DNA from: Thermoproteota archaeon
GTDB lineage: Archaea; Korarchaeota; Korarchaeia; Korarchaeales; Korarchaeaceae
Direction of reading: 5' to 3'
DNA: 64,000 nucleotides
NCBI GenBank assembly: GCA_027491415.1
Contig: JAOZFH010000050.1
Location: 1 to 64,000 of the forward strand
The notes under the pieces were generated by a model, which ran no database searches, was not told the origin of the DNA, and worked only from the letters and a program-made list of their open reading frames with translations. Positions 37,035 to 46,263 of the stretch are shown piece by piece. The position numbers and the translations under genes are program-made. Positions within the stretch are counted from its first letter, which is position 1; every line of letters starts with the position of its first letter.

Positions 37035-38075
37035 TCATGTGGGAATTATGATCCGCCCCACCACCCGGGTAACCGGGATCCGCGCCGGCGGATGGGAGGA
37101 GCGCCGCACGCCGCTCAGGCACCTCCACGGGTCGGCCAGGCCCTCCCCTGGGAAGTAGGCCCCGTAGTCCTCCCCCGACCCGTCTCCCCTGTCGTAGAAC
37201 ATCCAAACCCCCACCAGCGAAGGGTTCCTCACGGACCTGAGGTTTGGGCATATCCCGCTGAGCCACTCCTCCACGTCACCTGCCCCCTCATAGCCCGTCA
37301 CCACCATCTGATTGGGCAGGGTGCCGGAGAACTTCGCTATCTCGTCCTCGCTGTACAGCTCGGTGATCACGAGGAACTCCGGTCCGACTCCCGCCAGTTG
37401 ATTGACCAGCGGCGCGAACTCCTCATCCAGCCAAGCGGCGTAGACCCCCTTCAGCGCCTCGGGGAGGGAGTCGTAGAACCGGATTATATCCGCGTAGTCA
37501 CGCCTATAACTCCACCCGTACCATATGGCCACCTTCCAGGTCGAGTTCAACGTTGAGAGAAACTCCATGAGCCCCAGCACCAGCCCATTCATGGGGGTTC
37601 CGGGTTCGAGGTAGTCGTCCTCGGGCCCGCACTTCCACTTGGGGAAGACCCCCCAGATGACCCTCATGGATCGCTCCTCCGCGAGGTCGTCTATCACCCT
37701 CAGGTTGTGGCGAAAGAGGGGGGAGTCGTCCGCGGGGATGATCACTATCACGGTGTTGTAATACCTCCCCATCAGGGAGAAGTCACTCCCGATCGGCCTC
37801 CTGCAATCTGAGAGGTTGGCGTACACGTAGAAGTATATCCTGTCCCCGTATTCCTCCGTCCAATAGCTTGTACAACACTCCGACGGGAGGATGTAGACTA
37901 TCCCCCTTATTCCCTCCCCCGCGAACTCCGACGGGAGGATGGGCGGGGTCGTGGCGGTCTGCGTCTGACCTCGCTCTCGATTACCGGCCGGACTCCCTAG
38001 GGCTTGAGGCGCGATGATGAGGGCCGAAGCGGCCAGCGCCGCTAAGAGCGTCGACAATCCGGGGAATCGGCCCAC
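37035..38075 (-). CDS. Hypothetical secreted protein
   Basis: Signal peptide, T/P linker, aromatic-rich globular domain. Confidence 0.65.
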   Translation of the reverse strand: MGRFPGLSTLLAALAASALIIAPQALGSPAGNRERGQTQTATTPPILPSEFAGEGIRGIVYILPSECCTSYWTEEYGDRIYFYVYANLSDCRRPIGSDFSLMGRYYNTVIVIIPADDSPLFRHNLRVIDDLAEERSMRVIWGVFPKWKCGPEDDYLEPGTPMNGLVLGLMEFLSTLNSTWKVAIWYGWSYRRDYADIIRFYDSLPEALKGVYAAWLDEEFAPLVNQLAGVGPEFLVITELYSEDEIAKFSGTLPNQMVVTGYEGAGDVEEWLSGICPNLRSVRNPSLVGVWMFYDRGDGSGEDYGAYFPGEGLADPWRCLSGVRRSSHPPARIPVTRVVGRIIIPT

Positions 38076-38195
38076 CTGGCCGCACCTGTGGATCGATTGA
38101 CAGGGTTGCCCATAAGGGTTAACCGGAGGCCGCGCCCCGATGCCTCGTCCCTCCTCACCTCGAGAGAGGAGGTTCGGCGTGGCGTGACAGGCTCC

Positions 38196-38612
38196 TTAAC
38201 TCTCCCTAGACCTCCAATTCCTCTCCAGTTCCTCCAGTATGCCAGGGTCGCCGGCCAGGATCCTACCCACGCGCAGGATCTCATCCACGATTCTCCTCCC
38301 TTGCCTGGCCATCTCGACGAGTTCGCTCTTCTCGTAGACGAAGGGGTCTAGGTCGATCGGGAGGCTCGGATCCAAGAACTCCCCCACACGCTCCGCCGGA
38401 TCGCCTGGGGCTGATCCGTCGGGCACGACCACCACTACATCGGCGTCCGAGAAGGCCGTGTAGTTTCCCCTGGCCAGCGACCCTATCAATATCACCGCCA
38501 GGGCTCCCTCCCTCACCTTCCTCCGGGCGTAGGAGGAGAGTGATCTCACAACTCCATCGTAGTCAAGCCTGAACAACTTTACCCCTGACCCACTCGAGTA
38601 TCTCACTCGCAT
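38196..38612 (-). CDS. Minimal nucleotidyltransferase (MNT)
   Basis: 'ILIGSLARGNYTAFSDADVVVV' GS..DxD motif. Start re-set to about 38612. Confidence 0.9.
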   Translation of the reverse strand: MRVRYSSGSGVKLFRLDYDGVVRSLSSYARRKVREGALAVILIGSLARGNYTAFSDADVVVVVPDGSAPGDPAERVGEFLDPSLPIDLDPFVYEKSELVEMARQGRRIVDEILRVGRILAGDPGILEELERNWRSRES

Positions 38613-38958
38613 AGGAAATCGCCCTCTCGGCCTGCTCCCTCGTGTAGTAGTCCATGGGAGCGCCTTCGGGGTGGGCGTTCGGATACCTGGAAGGGATGTA
38701 GTGCTGATCCAGCTCCTTAGCCATCTCGACGAGTTCTCGAGGAGGTCTGCTCTCCTCCGGTAGAGCCTGTAGGAGCCTGGAGACTGAGTGACCCCAGACC
38801 TCATTGCCCAGCATCTGGTGAAGAGCCTTAACCGCCTTCTCTGCCGCTTGGTGGGCGATGAGGCAGGCCCACTCGTAGAAACCATCCTCCAAAGCCCTTT
38901 TGGCAAACTCGAGGTCCCTGACGGCCTGCCTAAACCAGTCTCCAGACCGCGACACCAT
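38563..38958 (-). CDS. HEPN-domain protein
   Basis: 'DWFRQAVRDL', 'AHQAAEKAVKA', 'WGHSV', 'LDQHYIPSRYPN'. Confidence 0.92.
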   Translation of the reverse strand: MVSRSGDWFRQAVRDLEFAKRALEDGFYEWACLIAHQAAEKAVKALHQMLGNEVWGHSVSRLLQALPEESRPPRELVEMAKELDQHYIPSRYPNAHPEGAPMDYYTREQAERAISYASEILEWVRGKVVQA

Positions 38959-39218
38959 CTAATGTTGTCGGACCCAATGAGGGTAATAATTCCAGCGCGA
39001 ACCCGCCGAGCCCCCGGGGAGCCCAGGGAGATCACCTGCAGCCTCCCGGCCCCACTTTCGCCGAGCTGGTGAGGTCGAGTTGACCAGGACCTAAGACCTA
39101 CCAATGCACAAGGGTCCTCTCCCCTGTCCACATGATGTCGCCGCGACGAAGAAAAAAGGGAAACCCCCAACTTGTTAATTCTGCGTGAAACCTTTTATCG
39201 GCAAAGGTCAGATGCGCC

Positions 39219-39539
39219 ATGATGCTCCCATCAACATCCTGGGTAGATGGGTTGCCTCCCGTCCTCGCCTTACTTACACTCGCGCTGATGGTGGACCTGG
39301 TTGAGAGGCTCCTCGAGTACATCGGTAGGGCGATCTGCGGGTGGGACAGAGCGCCCCCCGAGAGGTCGGTTGACCTGTGGGTTCTGGCCGCCCTGATCAC
39401 CCTTGTCCTCTTCGTGCCGGGGCTGGGCCTGGGGTCGGTGTTCGCGCTTGGGCTCGTACTGATAGTCCTCGACCTGGTCTCCAAGCGAGAGAGGAGAGAA
39501 GAGAGGGTGAAGGCAAGTCAACCCCAGCTCTCTGCGTAA
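39219..39539 (+). CDS. Small membrane protein
   Basis: Three hydrophobic segments; TTTTAT box about 25 nt upstream. Confidence 0.55.
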   Translation: MMLPSTSWVDGLPPVLALLTLALMVDLVERLLEYIGRAICGWDRAPPERSVDLWVLAALITLVLFVPGLGLGSVFALGLVLIVLDLVSKRERREERVKASQPQLSA

Positions 39540-41734
39540 AGATCCGAGATCCAGTCCGGGAGTTCGGGCGGATTCTGAGCGAGCATATCTCTCCACGATT
39601 CGTCGGTCAGCCTGTCCGAGATTGGGTGCTTGAACTCGTAGTACGTGAGAACAGGTCCGACTGCCACGTAGGTCCCATCTGGCGCTGGGAAAATCACCAC
39701 CAATAGATCTAAAGGTCCAACCCCCTCCTCTAGGGCCAGCCCGGAGTTCAGGTCTGTGTGGACATCCGCCACCATAACGGTGGACTTGGACCTCTCCGAG
39801 AGGCCTGACAGGATGTCTTCCAACACCTCCCCGATCCTCAGCAGGAACTTCACATCCTCCCTGGAGAGGGCCTCTCCAGCTAGCTCCCTCCTGGAGATCC
39901 TCGCCAGATTCTCCAGCAAGTCCTCCATGCCCGCCAGCCTGCGATCGGCATCCTCAGTCAAGTACCCCAAGGAGCGGAGGCCCTCCCTCGACTGCCTCGT
40001 GAGTGCGAGAAGCCTGTCGTAGAGCTCTGGGATCGGCTCCACGAAGGCCAGCCTCTCGGGCGTGGCCGGAGGCGCTGCAGCCAACTTTGGAGTGTAGCTC
40101 TGCTTCGCGTAGAGAATCGTGTCGTGCCTCAGCTCGGACCACGACGCCAGGGCCGCGAGGAGCTGTCTGCGCTCCCACGCCTCGGTCCTCATGTACGCGG
40201 GGTAGCCCTCCGGCCTGGGGCTCGCGAGGATCCTCAGCGCGTCCAGCCAGGACCAGTACAGGTTCCTCGACCAGTCATCCTCGCTCAGGTTCGAGAACTC
40301 CTCCCTGAGCCGGGCCACCACGTCCTCGTAGCGCTCGTAGTCGGCATCCCCCTCCTCCCTCATCACCTGCAGGGCGGTCTCGCTCCCGACCACGGCGAAC
40401 CAGTCTAGACCCCTCGGGAACACCCTGGCCGGCCCGCCGTCGGTAAGGCCCAACGTGAACGGCTCGTCGTCTCCCGTGTACAGGCCGACCGAGGGGGTCA
40501 CGAGCCTCTGGAAGACGTACGAGTCTGGGACGTATCGCTGGCCCATGAACCTCATCCCCGCGCTCGCGTCGAGGCACTCCGCCAAGTCCTCCTCCGTGAA
40601 GGGCGGGTAGACCACACAGAACCCGGTCCCGCCGTAGATCTTGGGTCTCCCCATCCCGGCGACCAGCGCCCTGATCTCGTCTATCCTGCCGGGAATCTGC
40701 CGGGCCTCGACCGAGTCTCCAAAGAGCTCTGCGAGGGCCTCCAGGTAGTCGTAGGGGGTTAGGTCGTCCGCAAAGCCCACAAAGAAGGCTGTCACCGAGT
40801 ATATATCGCTCCAGACCTCTCCCACAGTCCTGCCGTCCCCGAGCTCCACGTTCGGCATGGCCGCGGAGATCAGAGCGGCCTGGAGAGTGAGCATCCTGGC
40901 CTGGTCGGCCGTCACGAACCCGCCGGGCCCCCCTCTCAGGAGGAAGGCCATCCTCCCGTACCACATCATCGCCCTGAAGTACCTCCGGAGCGTCTCCGAG
41001 CGAGTGTAGTGGCCTCTGGGAATGTACTGGCTGTAGTCTTCCTTGTACCAGAAGAGGGGGCTTCTCTGCACCCCCGGGTGGGACTCTATCAGGCTCAGCT
41101 CAGCCTGAACGACGTCCCGCACCTCTCTGGGGGGCTCGAAGTCTGGGTCTAAGAGCGAGAGGGCCACCGCGAAGTATGCCGCGTTCCTCCTGGCGGCCTC
41201 CGCCACCTCCCCCTGCGATCCCATGCTGAGGGTGAGGCTCTCCTCCATCATGGCCCTCGTGACTGCCACCAAGTCCGGGTAGATCTTCTGCTCCTCTATC
41301 TGGGCGAGTGTGGTGTCGAAGAGCACGTGATACGCGTGCAGTACGGTGTCTGCCGTGACGTAGACGGGCACGGTCGGGGGCAGGGCCTCGTAGGCCTCCG
41401 AGAAGTCGTCGAAGGCGCCCCACCTCACCAAAACGAAGCCCCTCTCCAGTACGGACGTCCTCTGGGCCGGGCCCAGGTTGAGGACATCCATGGCGTCTGG
41501 GTTGGCCAGCTGAGACTCCTCGAGGGGGAGCGACTGACTCAGGGAGGTCGGAGCTGGCCTGGCCGGGGAGACGCTTGGCGGGGGGAGCCCCGGCCTCCTG
41601 AGAGAGGAGAGCTCGTAGCCGACCCCGCTCGGACCGACCACACCACCGCCGCCCCGACCAGACCATAAGAAGTAGGCGGCGGCCGCGGGCAGCGAGAGGG
41701 CGAGCGCCAGGACGGCGAGCGATCGGGCGCGCAC
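39518..41734 (-). CDS. DUF3160-domain protein, membrane anchored
   Basis: 'EDYSQYIPRGHYT', 'YFRAMMWYG', 'FMGQRYVPDSY', 'SWSELRHDTILYAKQSY', 'VEP.PE', 'YYEF...RLTD'. Start re-set to GTG 41734. Confidence 0.9.
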   Translation of the reverse strand: MRARSLAVLALALSLPAAAAYFLWSGRGGGGVVGPSGVGYELSSLRRPGLPPPSVSPARPAPTSLSQSLPLEESQLANPDAMDVLNLGPAQRTSVLERGFVLVRWGAFDDFSEAYEALPPTVPVYVTADTVLHAYHVLFDTTLAQIEEQKIYPDLVAVTRAMMEESLTLSMGSQGEVAEAARRNAAYFAVALSLLDPDFEPPREVRDVVQAELSLIESHPGVQRSPLFWYKEDYSQYIPRGHYTRSETLRRYFRAMMWYGRMAFLLRGGPGGFVTADQARMLTLQAALISAAMPNVELGDGRTVGEVWSDIYSVTAFFVGFADDLTPYDYLEALAELFGDSVEARQIPGRIDEIRALVAGMGRPKIYGGTGFCVVYPPFTEEDLAECLDASAGMRFMGQRYVPDSYVFQRLVTPSVGLYTGDDEPFTLGLTDGGPARVFPRGLDWFAVVGSETALQVMREEGDADYERYEDVVARLREEFSNLSEDDWSRNLYWSWLDALRILASPRPEGYPAYMRTEAWERRQLLAALASWSELRHDTILYAKQSYTPKLAAAPPATPERLAFVEPIPELYDRLLALTRQSREGLRSLGYLTEDADRRLAGMEDLLENLARISRRELAGEALSREDVKFLLRIGEVLEDILSGLSERSKSTVMVADVHTDLNSGLALEEGVGPLDLLVVIFPAPDGTYVAVGPVLTYYEFKHPISDRLTDESWRDMLAQNPPELPDWISDLYAESWG

Positions 41735-41771
41735 GAGCTTCCACCCGAGCGACCCTTTTAACCCTGCGCCG

Positions 41772-41797
41772 AAAGGTGCGAGGCTCCTCGCACCTTT
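41772..41797. promoter_or_regulatory. Palindromic site AAAGGTGCGAG-GCTC-CTCGCACCTTT (copy 2)
   Basis: Perfect 11-4-11 inverted repeat between divergent TATA boxes (41756-41761 and ~41836-41843). Confidence 0.6.
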
Positions 41798-41866
41798 TTG
41801 GCGAGGAGCGCCTGACCGGCGCCGGCCGGCCTCCATTTTATAATCGGGTCGACCCGACCTGATGGC

Positions 41867-42397
41867 GTGCTCGCCCGGAAGGCCCTCTCGGTTCTCTGCG
41901 CGTCGCTCGGCATCGTGTACCTGGCCCAAGACCTGGTCCTCGCCTTCTCCGTCGAGGTGGCCCCGGTCTGGCTCGTCCTGGAGAACACCTTCTTCGCCTT
42001 CGCCTACGTCAGTCTCGGGACCTTCAGAACCCTTAAGAGGTCGGAGATTGTCCTCTCCGCGGTTGCGGGGTTCAGCGCGGGGAGGACAGTTGACTCGATT
42101 CTGGACGCGTCTGCCCCGGCCTACCTACGTGCGCTTCGCTCGGCCCTGGCCCTGGTGGCGCTGGCGGTCGTGGGTCTGTCTTGGGCCTCTATCTCGTGTG
42201 CTGGGGATGGTAAGAGAGAATGCCGGGGAGAGCTGGGGCGAGATAGAGCGGATGAGCAGGCGATTCATGAAAGGAGGAGTGAGGACTCAACGCCGCCAGC
42301 ACCTGCCGCGCGCCGATCCGCTGGCTCCAGGCGGAGGAACCTGAGGGATCTATCTGCCCGCCGGTCGAGTCGGCCCCGGGGAGGACCCCATCCCTAG
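41867..42397 (+). CDS. 4-TM membrane protein (C-terminal tail possibly frameshifted)
   Basis: Four hydrophobic segments in the first ~110 aa; TTTTATAA about 25 nt upstream. Confidence 0.55.
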   Translation: MLARKALSVLCASLGIVYLAQDLVLAFSVEVAPVWLVLENTFFAFAYVSLGTFRTLKRSEIVLSAVAGFSAGRTVDSILDASAPAYLRALRSALALVALAVVGLSWASISCAGDGKRECRGELGRDRADEQAIHERRSEDSTPPAPAARRSAGSRRRNLRDLSARRSSRPRGGPHP

Positions 42398-42819
42398 GCC
42401 CCCGTGATTGCGTGACGAGCTACTCATCCAGCAGTCCCATCTCGCTCCTCAGCGATCCCACCCTCCTGACTCCGAACTCGACGTACCCGAGTTCTGCGAA
42501 CCACTCCTTGTGATCGTCGCCTAACATTCGATCGGACCCGTCTCCCCGACGAACTCCCCGCCGGTCATTCTGAACCTCCCCCTCAAGGCTCCCGGATCTC
42601 GCCTTGGCGGACTCCGGGCCTCTTCGAGTCCTCTGAGCCTCTCCCAGCCTCTCAAAGTCGGACCTCAGCTCGTCGTCCATAAGGCCGAAGCCCTTTGGAG
42701 TAGAGGTTGTCGCCGAGGAGGGGGACTCGACGACCTTCAAGTGCCTCAGCACCTACTCGGACCTCCCAACCCCCCAGAGCCCTCCTTGGGATGAGCGCCC
42801 AGCAAGCGATAACGGTCCT

Positions 42820-43193
42820 AGGCGCCACCCAAGCCCTTCTGGACTGAGTAAAGACTTAGCTGAAGGGATGGTCGGGAGAGACGAGGAGATTGACAAGTCC
42901 TATCCTACTTACTGATAGGCAGGCAGGCCTCCGCCGCGGTGTCCAGGAGGCTCGAACCTGAGGATTTCGACCTCAGGTAGGTCACCGACGCTCTCGGCTA
43001 CAGGCCGGCTGCCAAGGCCGTTGAGAGGACTGGAGATCACGCCGCTAAGGTGGCCAAGACGGCCATCAAGCTTGGGGATCCGCTGCCAAACCTGGAGAAG
43101 CTGAGGAAACTCGCGAGACTTGGAGCCGAGATTCTGAACAACTCGACGAAGGCCTCGTATCTCTGGGCAAAGGGAAGGCACGGTACGCGCTGA
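42820..43193 (+). pseudogene. phoU: PhoU-family phosphate uptake regulator fragment (not in ORF track)
   Basis: Manual translation gives 'KDLAEGMVGRDEEIDKSY', 'LLTDRQ' and 'ALGYRPAAKAVERTGDHAAKVA' (PhoU ERxGDH motif), interrupted by stops and frameshifts. Confidence 0.7.
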
Positions 43194-43609
43194 AGAAGTC
43201 CGCAGAGATCCCCCAAGCTCGGAGACGGCATACTCGAGGACACCCTTGGTCTCAGGCGCCCTGAGGGAAAGGAAGGTTAGGCCCGGCTTGCCCTCAAGAG
43301 CCTCGGGAGGGTGGCCGAGTACGGAGCTGCTGTGGCCGAGGTCGCTGTGGACCTCCGGGCTGGTTGCCATTTACCCATCCATGCCCCCACGCCTTCAATC
43401 TCCCCCCTCACGAAGTCCCCCGAAGGCAAGTGACGGAGCCGCAGAAGCCGGGACCTCTTCTCAGCCTAAATGCAGATAAAGAAGCAAAGCAGATCGTCTG
43501 CGCGTCCTTCCATACGAGAGCTTAGCGAAAAATCCGGTATCCGCCTAAGGCTTTGACGACCGAGAGTGGGGCACCAGCAGTTGAACAAAACGGTATACAG
43601 CATCCAGTT

Positions 43610-43628
43610 GTTTACCTAATAGGTAAAC
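43610..43628 (+). promoter_or_regulatory. Operator palindrome upstream of the DUF3307-like/SatD operon
   Basis: Perfect 9-1-9 GTTTACCTA-A-TAGGTAAAC abutting TTTATA (43629-43634). Confidence 0.7.
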
Positions 43629-43658
43629 TTTATAGCCCTCGAGTTCGGGGAGGTCTCA

Positions 43659-44138
43659 ATGCGGTCGAGCTGGCGTATCCCCCTCGAGCTCCTCGCGGGA
43701 GCGGCTGCGGCGATCCCGATAACCCTGACAGGGAGAGTCCCTGACCATGCACCCTTAGACCTGGGCTTCGTAGTGAAGCTGCTATTAGCGTGGCTCTCAA
43801 CAATGATGCTCCCATCTGCCGCAATCTCGGCGCTCTCGCTCGTCCTAGGGGGAGAGAGAATAAGGGAGAAATGCGGGGGGCTGCCAGCCGGAGGGAGGAT
43901 AATCGGCTACCTCGAGAGGAGCGTCATCTTCTCTGTGTTCTTGATTTCCAAGATCGAGGACATCCCGCTGAAGGACGTGATGAACGTCTTGGGCCTGCTG
44001 GTGGCCGGAAAGGCCATCTTCCGGTTCTCCAGAGCGGAGGAGAGGGTGTGCGCCGACTGGCACATCATCGGAACCTTCTCGAGCCTCCTCGCCGGAACCG
44101 TGATGAGCTGGCTGCTCCTGTCTCCGCTGGTGGGATGA
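43659..44138 (+). CDS. DUF3307/SatE-like membrane protein
   Basis: 'GGRIIGYLER', 'LVAGKAIFRF', 'IIGTFSS'; about 4 TMs; ATGA overlap with SatD. Confidence 0.75.
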   Translation: MRSSWRIPLELLAGAAAAIPITLTGRVPDHAPLDLGFVVKLLLAWLSTMMLPSAAISALSLVLGGERIREKCGGLPAGGRIIGYLERSVIFSVFLISKIEDIPLKDVMNVLGLLVAGKAIFRFSRAEERVCADWHIIGTFSSLLAGTVMSWLLLSPLVG

Positions 44139-44803
44139 TGCCGGTGGCGGTCGTGGTGGACCTGTCTGGCTCCAGAAAGATGGAGGTCCGGAAGAAGGTG
44201 AGGCTCTACGGTGAGATAGGGAGGCTGCTGGGGGAGTCCCATAGTAGGTTCCGGAGGGAGTGCCTAGTCAGACCGGCTCTTACGGCGGGGGACAGCGTGG
44301 AGTTCTTGGTGAACTGGTGGCGACCGCCGACGTTCTTTCTCCACGCCCTAAAGGTCTCAGTCCCAGACGTAGAGTTTCGAGTCGGCGTCGGAGCGGGGGA
44401 GGTTCACGTGCTAGGAGAGAGCGCAGACGAGTGCGACGGACCGGCGTTTTGGAGGGCCCGCGAGGCTCTCGAGGATCTAAAGTTGATCAGGGGTGTGGGG
44501 AGGGAGTCTATAGCAGACCTCAAGGTGGACCCCTCTGCCGGCCCTTCCGACGTCCACTTGGCGGGGGTGATATCTCTGACGGTCGGCCTCCTGGCCAACA
44601 TGTCCGAGAGGAAGCTGGCCTACTGTTACCATCACGCCTGGCTCGGCGAGAAGATGAGCGACATAGCCAGGGAGTTTGGGGTGACGAGGGGAAACGTCAG
44701 CAAAGTGCTCAGGGGGACCGACTGCCGCTTGCTGGTGAGGCTCGCCGCCCTCGGCCCCGTTGAACGCCCGCAGTCAAGCGCCCGGCGGACGCTACGCCGA
44801 TAA
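44135..44803 (+). CDS. satD: SatD-family protein (nucleotide-cyclase-like domain plus C-terminal HTH)
   Basis: 'VVDLSGSRK', 'TAGDSVE', 'FRVGVGAG', 'DGPAFWRAR'; HTH 'MSDIAREFGVTRGNVSKVL'. Start re-set to ATG 44135. Confidence 0.82.
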   Translation: MMPVAVVVDLSGSRKMEVRKKVRLYGEIGRLLGESHSRFRRECLVRPALTAGDSVEFLVNWWRPPTFFLHALKVSVPDVEFRVGVGAGEVHVLGESADECDGPAFWRAREALEDLKLIRGVGRESIADLKVDPSAGPSDVHLAGVISLTVGLLANMSERKLAYCYHHAWLGEKMSDIAREFGVTRGNVSKVLRGTDCRLLVRLAALGPVERPQSSARRTLRR

Positions 44804-45076
44804 TCGCGTCGGCGTAAATTTCCCCCAAAACGGCTTGATGCTTTTCTTTGGAAGATCAGATCGATCCCGTGCCCACGGAACCTCCCTAGAGGTAAGCCTG
44901 ACCCCCGGCCGGATATACCACCCGAACGGTGGCTATGTGGGGGCAGAGCACCAGCGGCGCTTCACCTTGATGACCCCATGCAGAGAGTCCGTTAACGTTG
45001 GCTCCGTGATCTTCATGGCGAGCTCATAGCCCCTCCGGTATCTGCAGTTGGAATCTAGAGTAGGAAAAAGTTAAAT

Positions 45077-45095
45077 TACATTTTGAGAAAATGTA
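45077..45095 (+). promoter_or_regulatory. Operator palindrome of vapBC-2
   Basis: Perfect 8-3-8 TACATTTT-GAG-AAAATGTA between TTAAAT (45071-45076) and the ATG at 45112. Confidence 0.7.
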
Positions 45096-45111
45096 GCCCG
45101 GAGCGATCGGA

Positions 45112-45366
45112 ATGATAGTGAGGAGGAGGGTGGGCCCGAAGGGGCAGATAGTCATTCCCAAGATAATCAGGGAGTTCCTCGGGATGGAGCCCGGAACAGA
45201 GGTCCTTCTGGAGGTCCAGGAGGACAGGCTCATAATCAGACCCAGCATGGATCCGGCTGACTTCGTCAACGAGTTCTGCTCGCAGGTGAAGGAGAAGCTG
45301 ACTGGAGAGGTGAATCTGGAGAGGATCTTGGAGGAGGAGGTGGAGGAGAGGGTTGCTCTACGTTGA
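45112..45366 (+). CDS. vapB: AbrB/MazE-family antitoxin
   Basis: 'RVGPKGQIVIPKIIREFLGMEPG'. Confidence 0.92.
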   Translation: MIVRRRVGPKGQIVIPKIIREFLGMEPGTEVLLEVQEDRLIIRPSMDPADFVNEFCSQVKEKLTGEVNLERILEEEVEERVALR

Positions 45367-45757
45367 CTCCAACGTGTTCATCTACCCCGCGATCTACGAC
45401 CCAGGAGATGAGCGGGCTAAGAGGTCGAGGGACCTCCTGCTGAAGATAGCTTCGGGCGAGGTGGAAGCTAGCACCTCGCTCCTCACGTGGGATGAGGTAG
45501 TCTGGGTCGTTAGGAAGCTGGCTGGCGTCGAGGCCTCCGTAAGGCAGGGCGCTCTCCTGCTCAAGTTCCCACACCTCAGGTTCCTCTCCTTGACGGAGTC
45601 TACGGTATTGAGGGCGCAGATGATCATGGAGGAGTACGGGCTCAAGCCCAGAGACTCGCTGCATGCGGCGTCAGCCCTGGAGAGCGGGATTAGGATCGTA
45701 GCGAGCTACGACGAGGACTTTGATAGGATAAGGGGCATAGAGAGGGTGGAGCCCTAG
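45353..45757 (+). CDS. vapC: PIN-domain toxin
   Basis: 'YVDSNVFIY', 'TWDEV', 'PRDSLHAA', 'SYDEDFD'. Confidence 0.92.
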   Translation: MLYVDSNVFIYPAIYDPGDERAKRSRDLLLKIASGEVEASTSLLTWDEVVWVVRKLAGVEASVRQGALLLKFPHLRFLSLTESTVLRAQMIMEEYGLKPRDSLHAASALESGIRIVASYDEDFDRIRGIERVEP

Positions 45758-45828
45758 CCCACGCCCAGCCACGATCCGGTCGGGGAGAGTCGGGCCTCTC
45801 CCCATCGCCGGCTCCGACGCGGTCGGGG

Positions 45829-46263
45829 CTAGCTCTCCATGACCCTGATCAGGCCCCTCACCGCGTCTTCAATGCCCTCCCCCAGGCCCTCGATTAGACC
45901 CAGCGCCCGGGCGGCCTCGACCACCTCCCTGCAGTGCCTCCGGCCGTCTCTCCCCGGGCAGAGGGGCTCCATCCCGAAGATCACCCTGAGGCCCCTCCCA
46001 GGAACGTAGATCGCGTAGATCCTGAGCGCCAGCTGCCTGCTCCTCATCACGGCGAGTCCCCTCACCGCATCCATCCTGATAAGGTCGGCATTCAGGGACT
46101 CGGTCATCTCGACGAACCAGGCCGCCAACCTCGCCCTGGCGTCCCTCACAGCCTTGTTGACGGCCTGCCTCGAGGTCCCCAGCTCCCTGGCGGCGTCGGC
46201 CTCGCTGAGCCCCCTGGCCGTAAGGAGCCAAGCCTGCTCCATCCTCTCAGGAAGTCTCGGCAT
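45829..46263 (-). CDS. HTH (sigma-70 region-4-like) DNA-binding protein
   Basis: 'GLSEADAARELGTSRQAVNKAV'; start re-set to ATG 46263, overlapping the upstream gene. Confidence 0.75.
   Translation of the reverse strand: MPRLPERMEQAWLLTARGLSEADAARELGTSRQAVNKAVRDARARLAAWFVEMTESLNADLIRMDAVRGLAVMRSRQLALRIYAIYVPGRGLRVIFGMEPLCPGRDGRRHCREVVEAARALGLIEGLGEGIEDAVRGLIRVMES

Noticed and set aside
38196-39170. 324-aa ORF as a HEPN-MNT fusion
   Set aside because: The N-terminal 186 aa are an off-frame read through the HEPN gene; the two genes simply overlap.
30330-43193. Selenocysteine/pyrrolysine read-through or programmed frameshifting to rescue the DUF6036-like and PhoU fragments
   Set aside because: Multiple frameshifts and deletions, no slippery site or SECIS-like element; decay is the simpler explanation.
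44810-45050. Possible small gene between satD and vapBC-2
   Set aside because: Only short frames without recognisable motifs; could be a remnant but cannot be supported.
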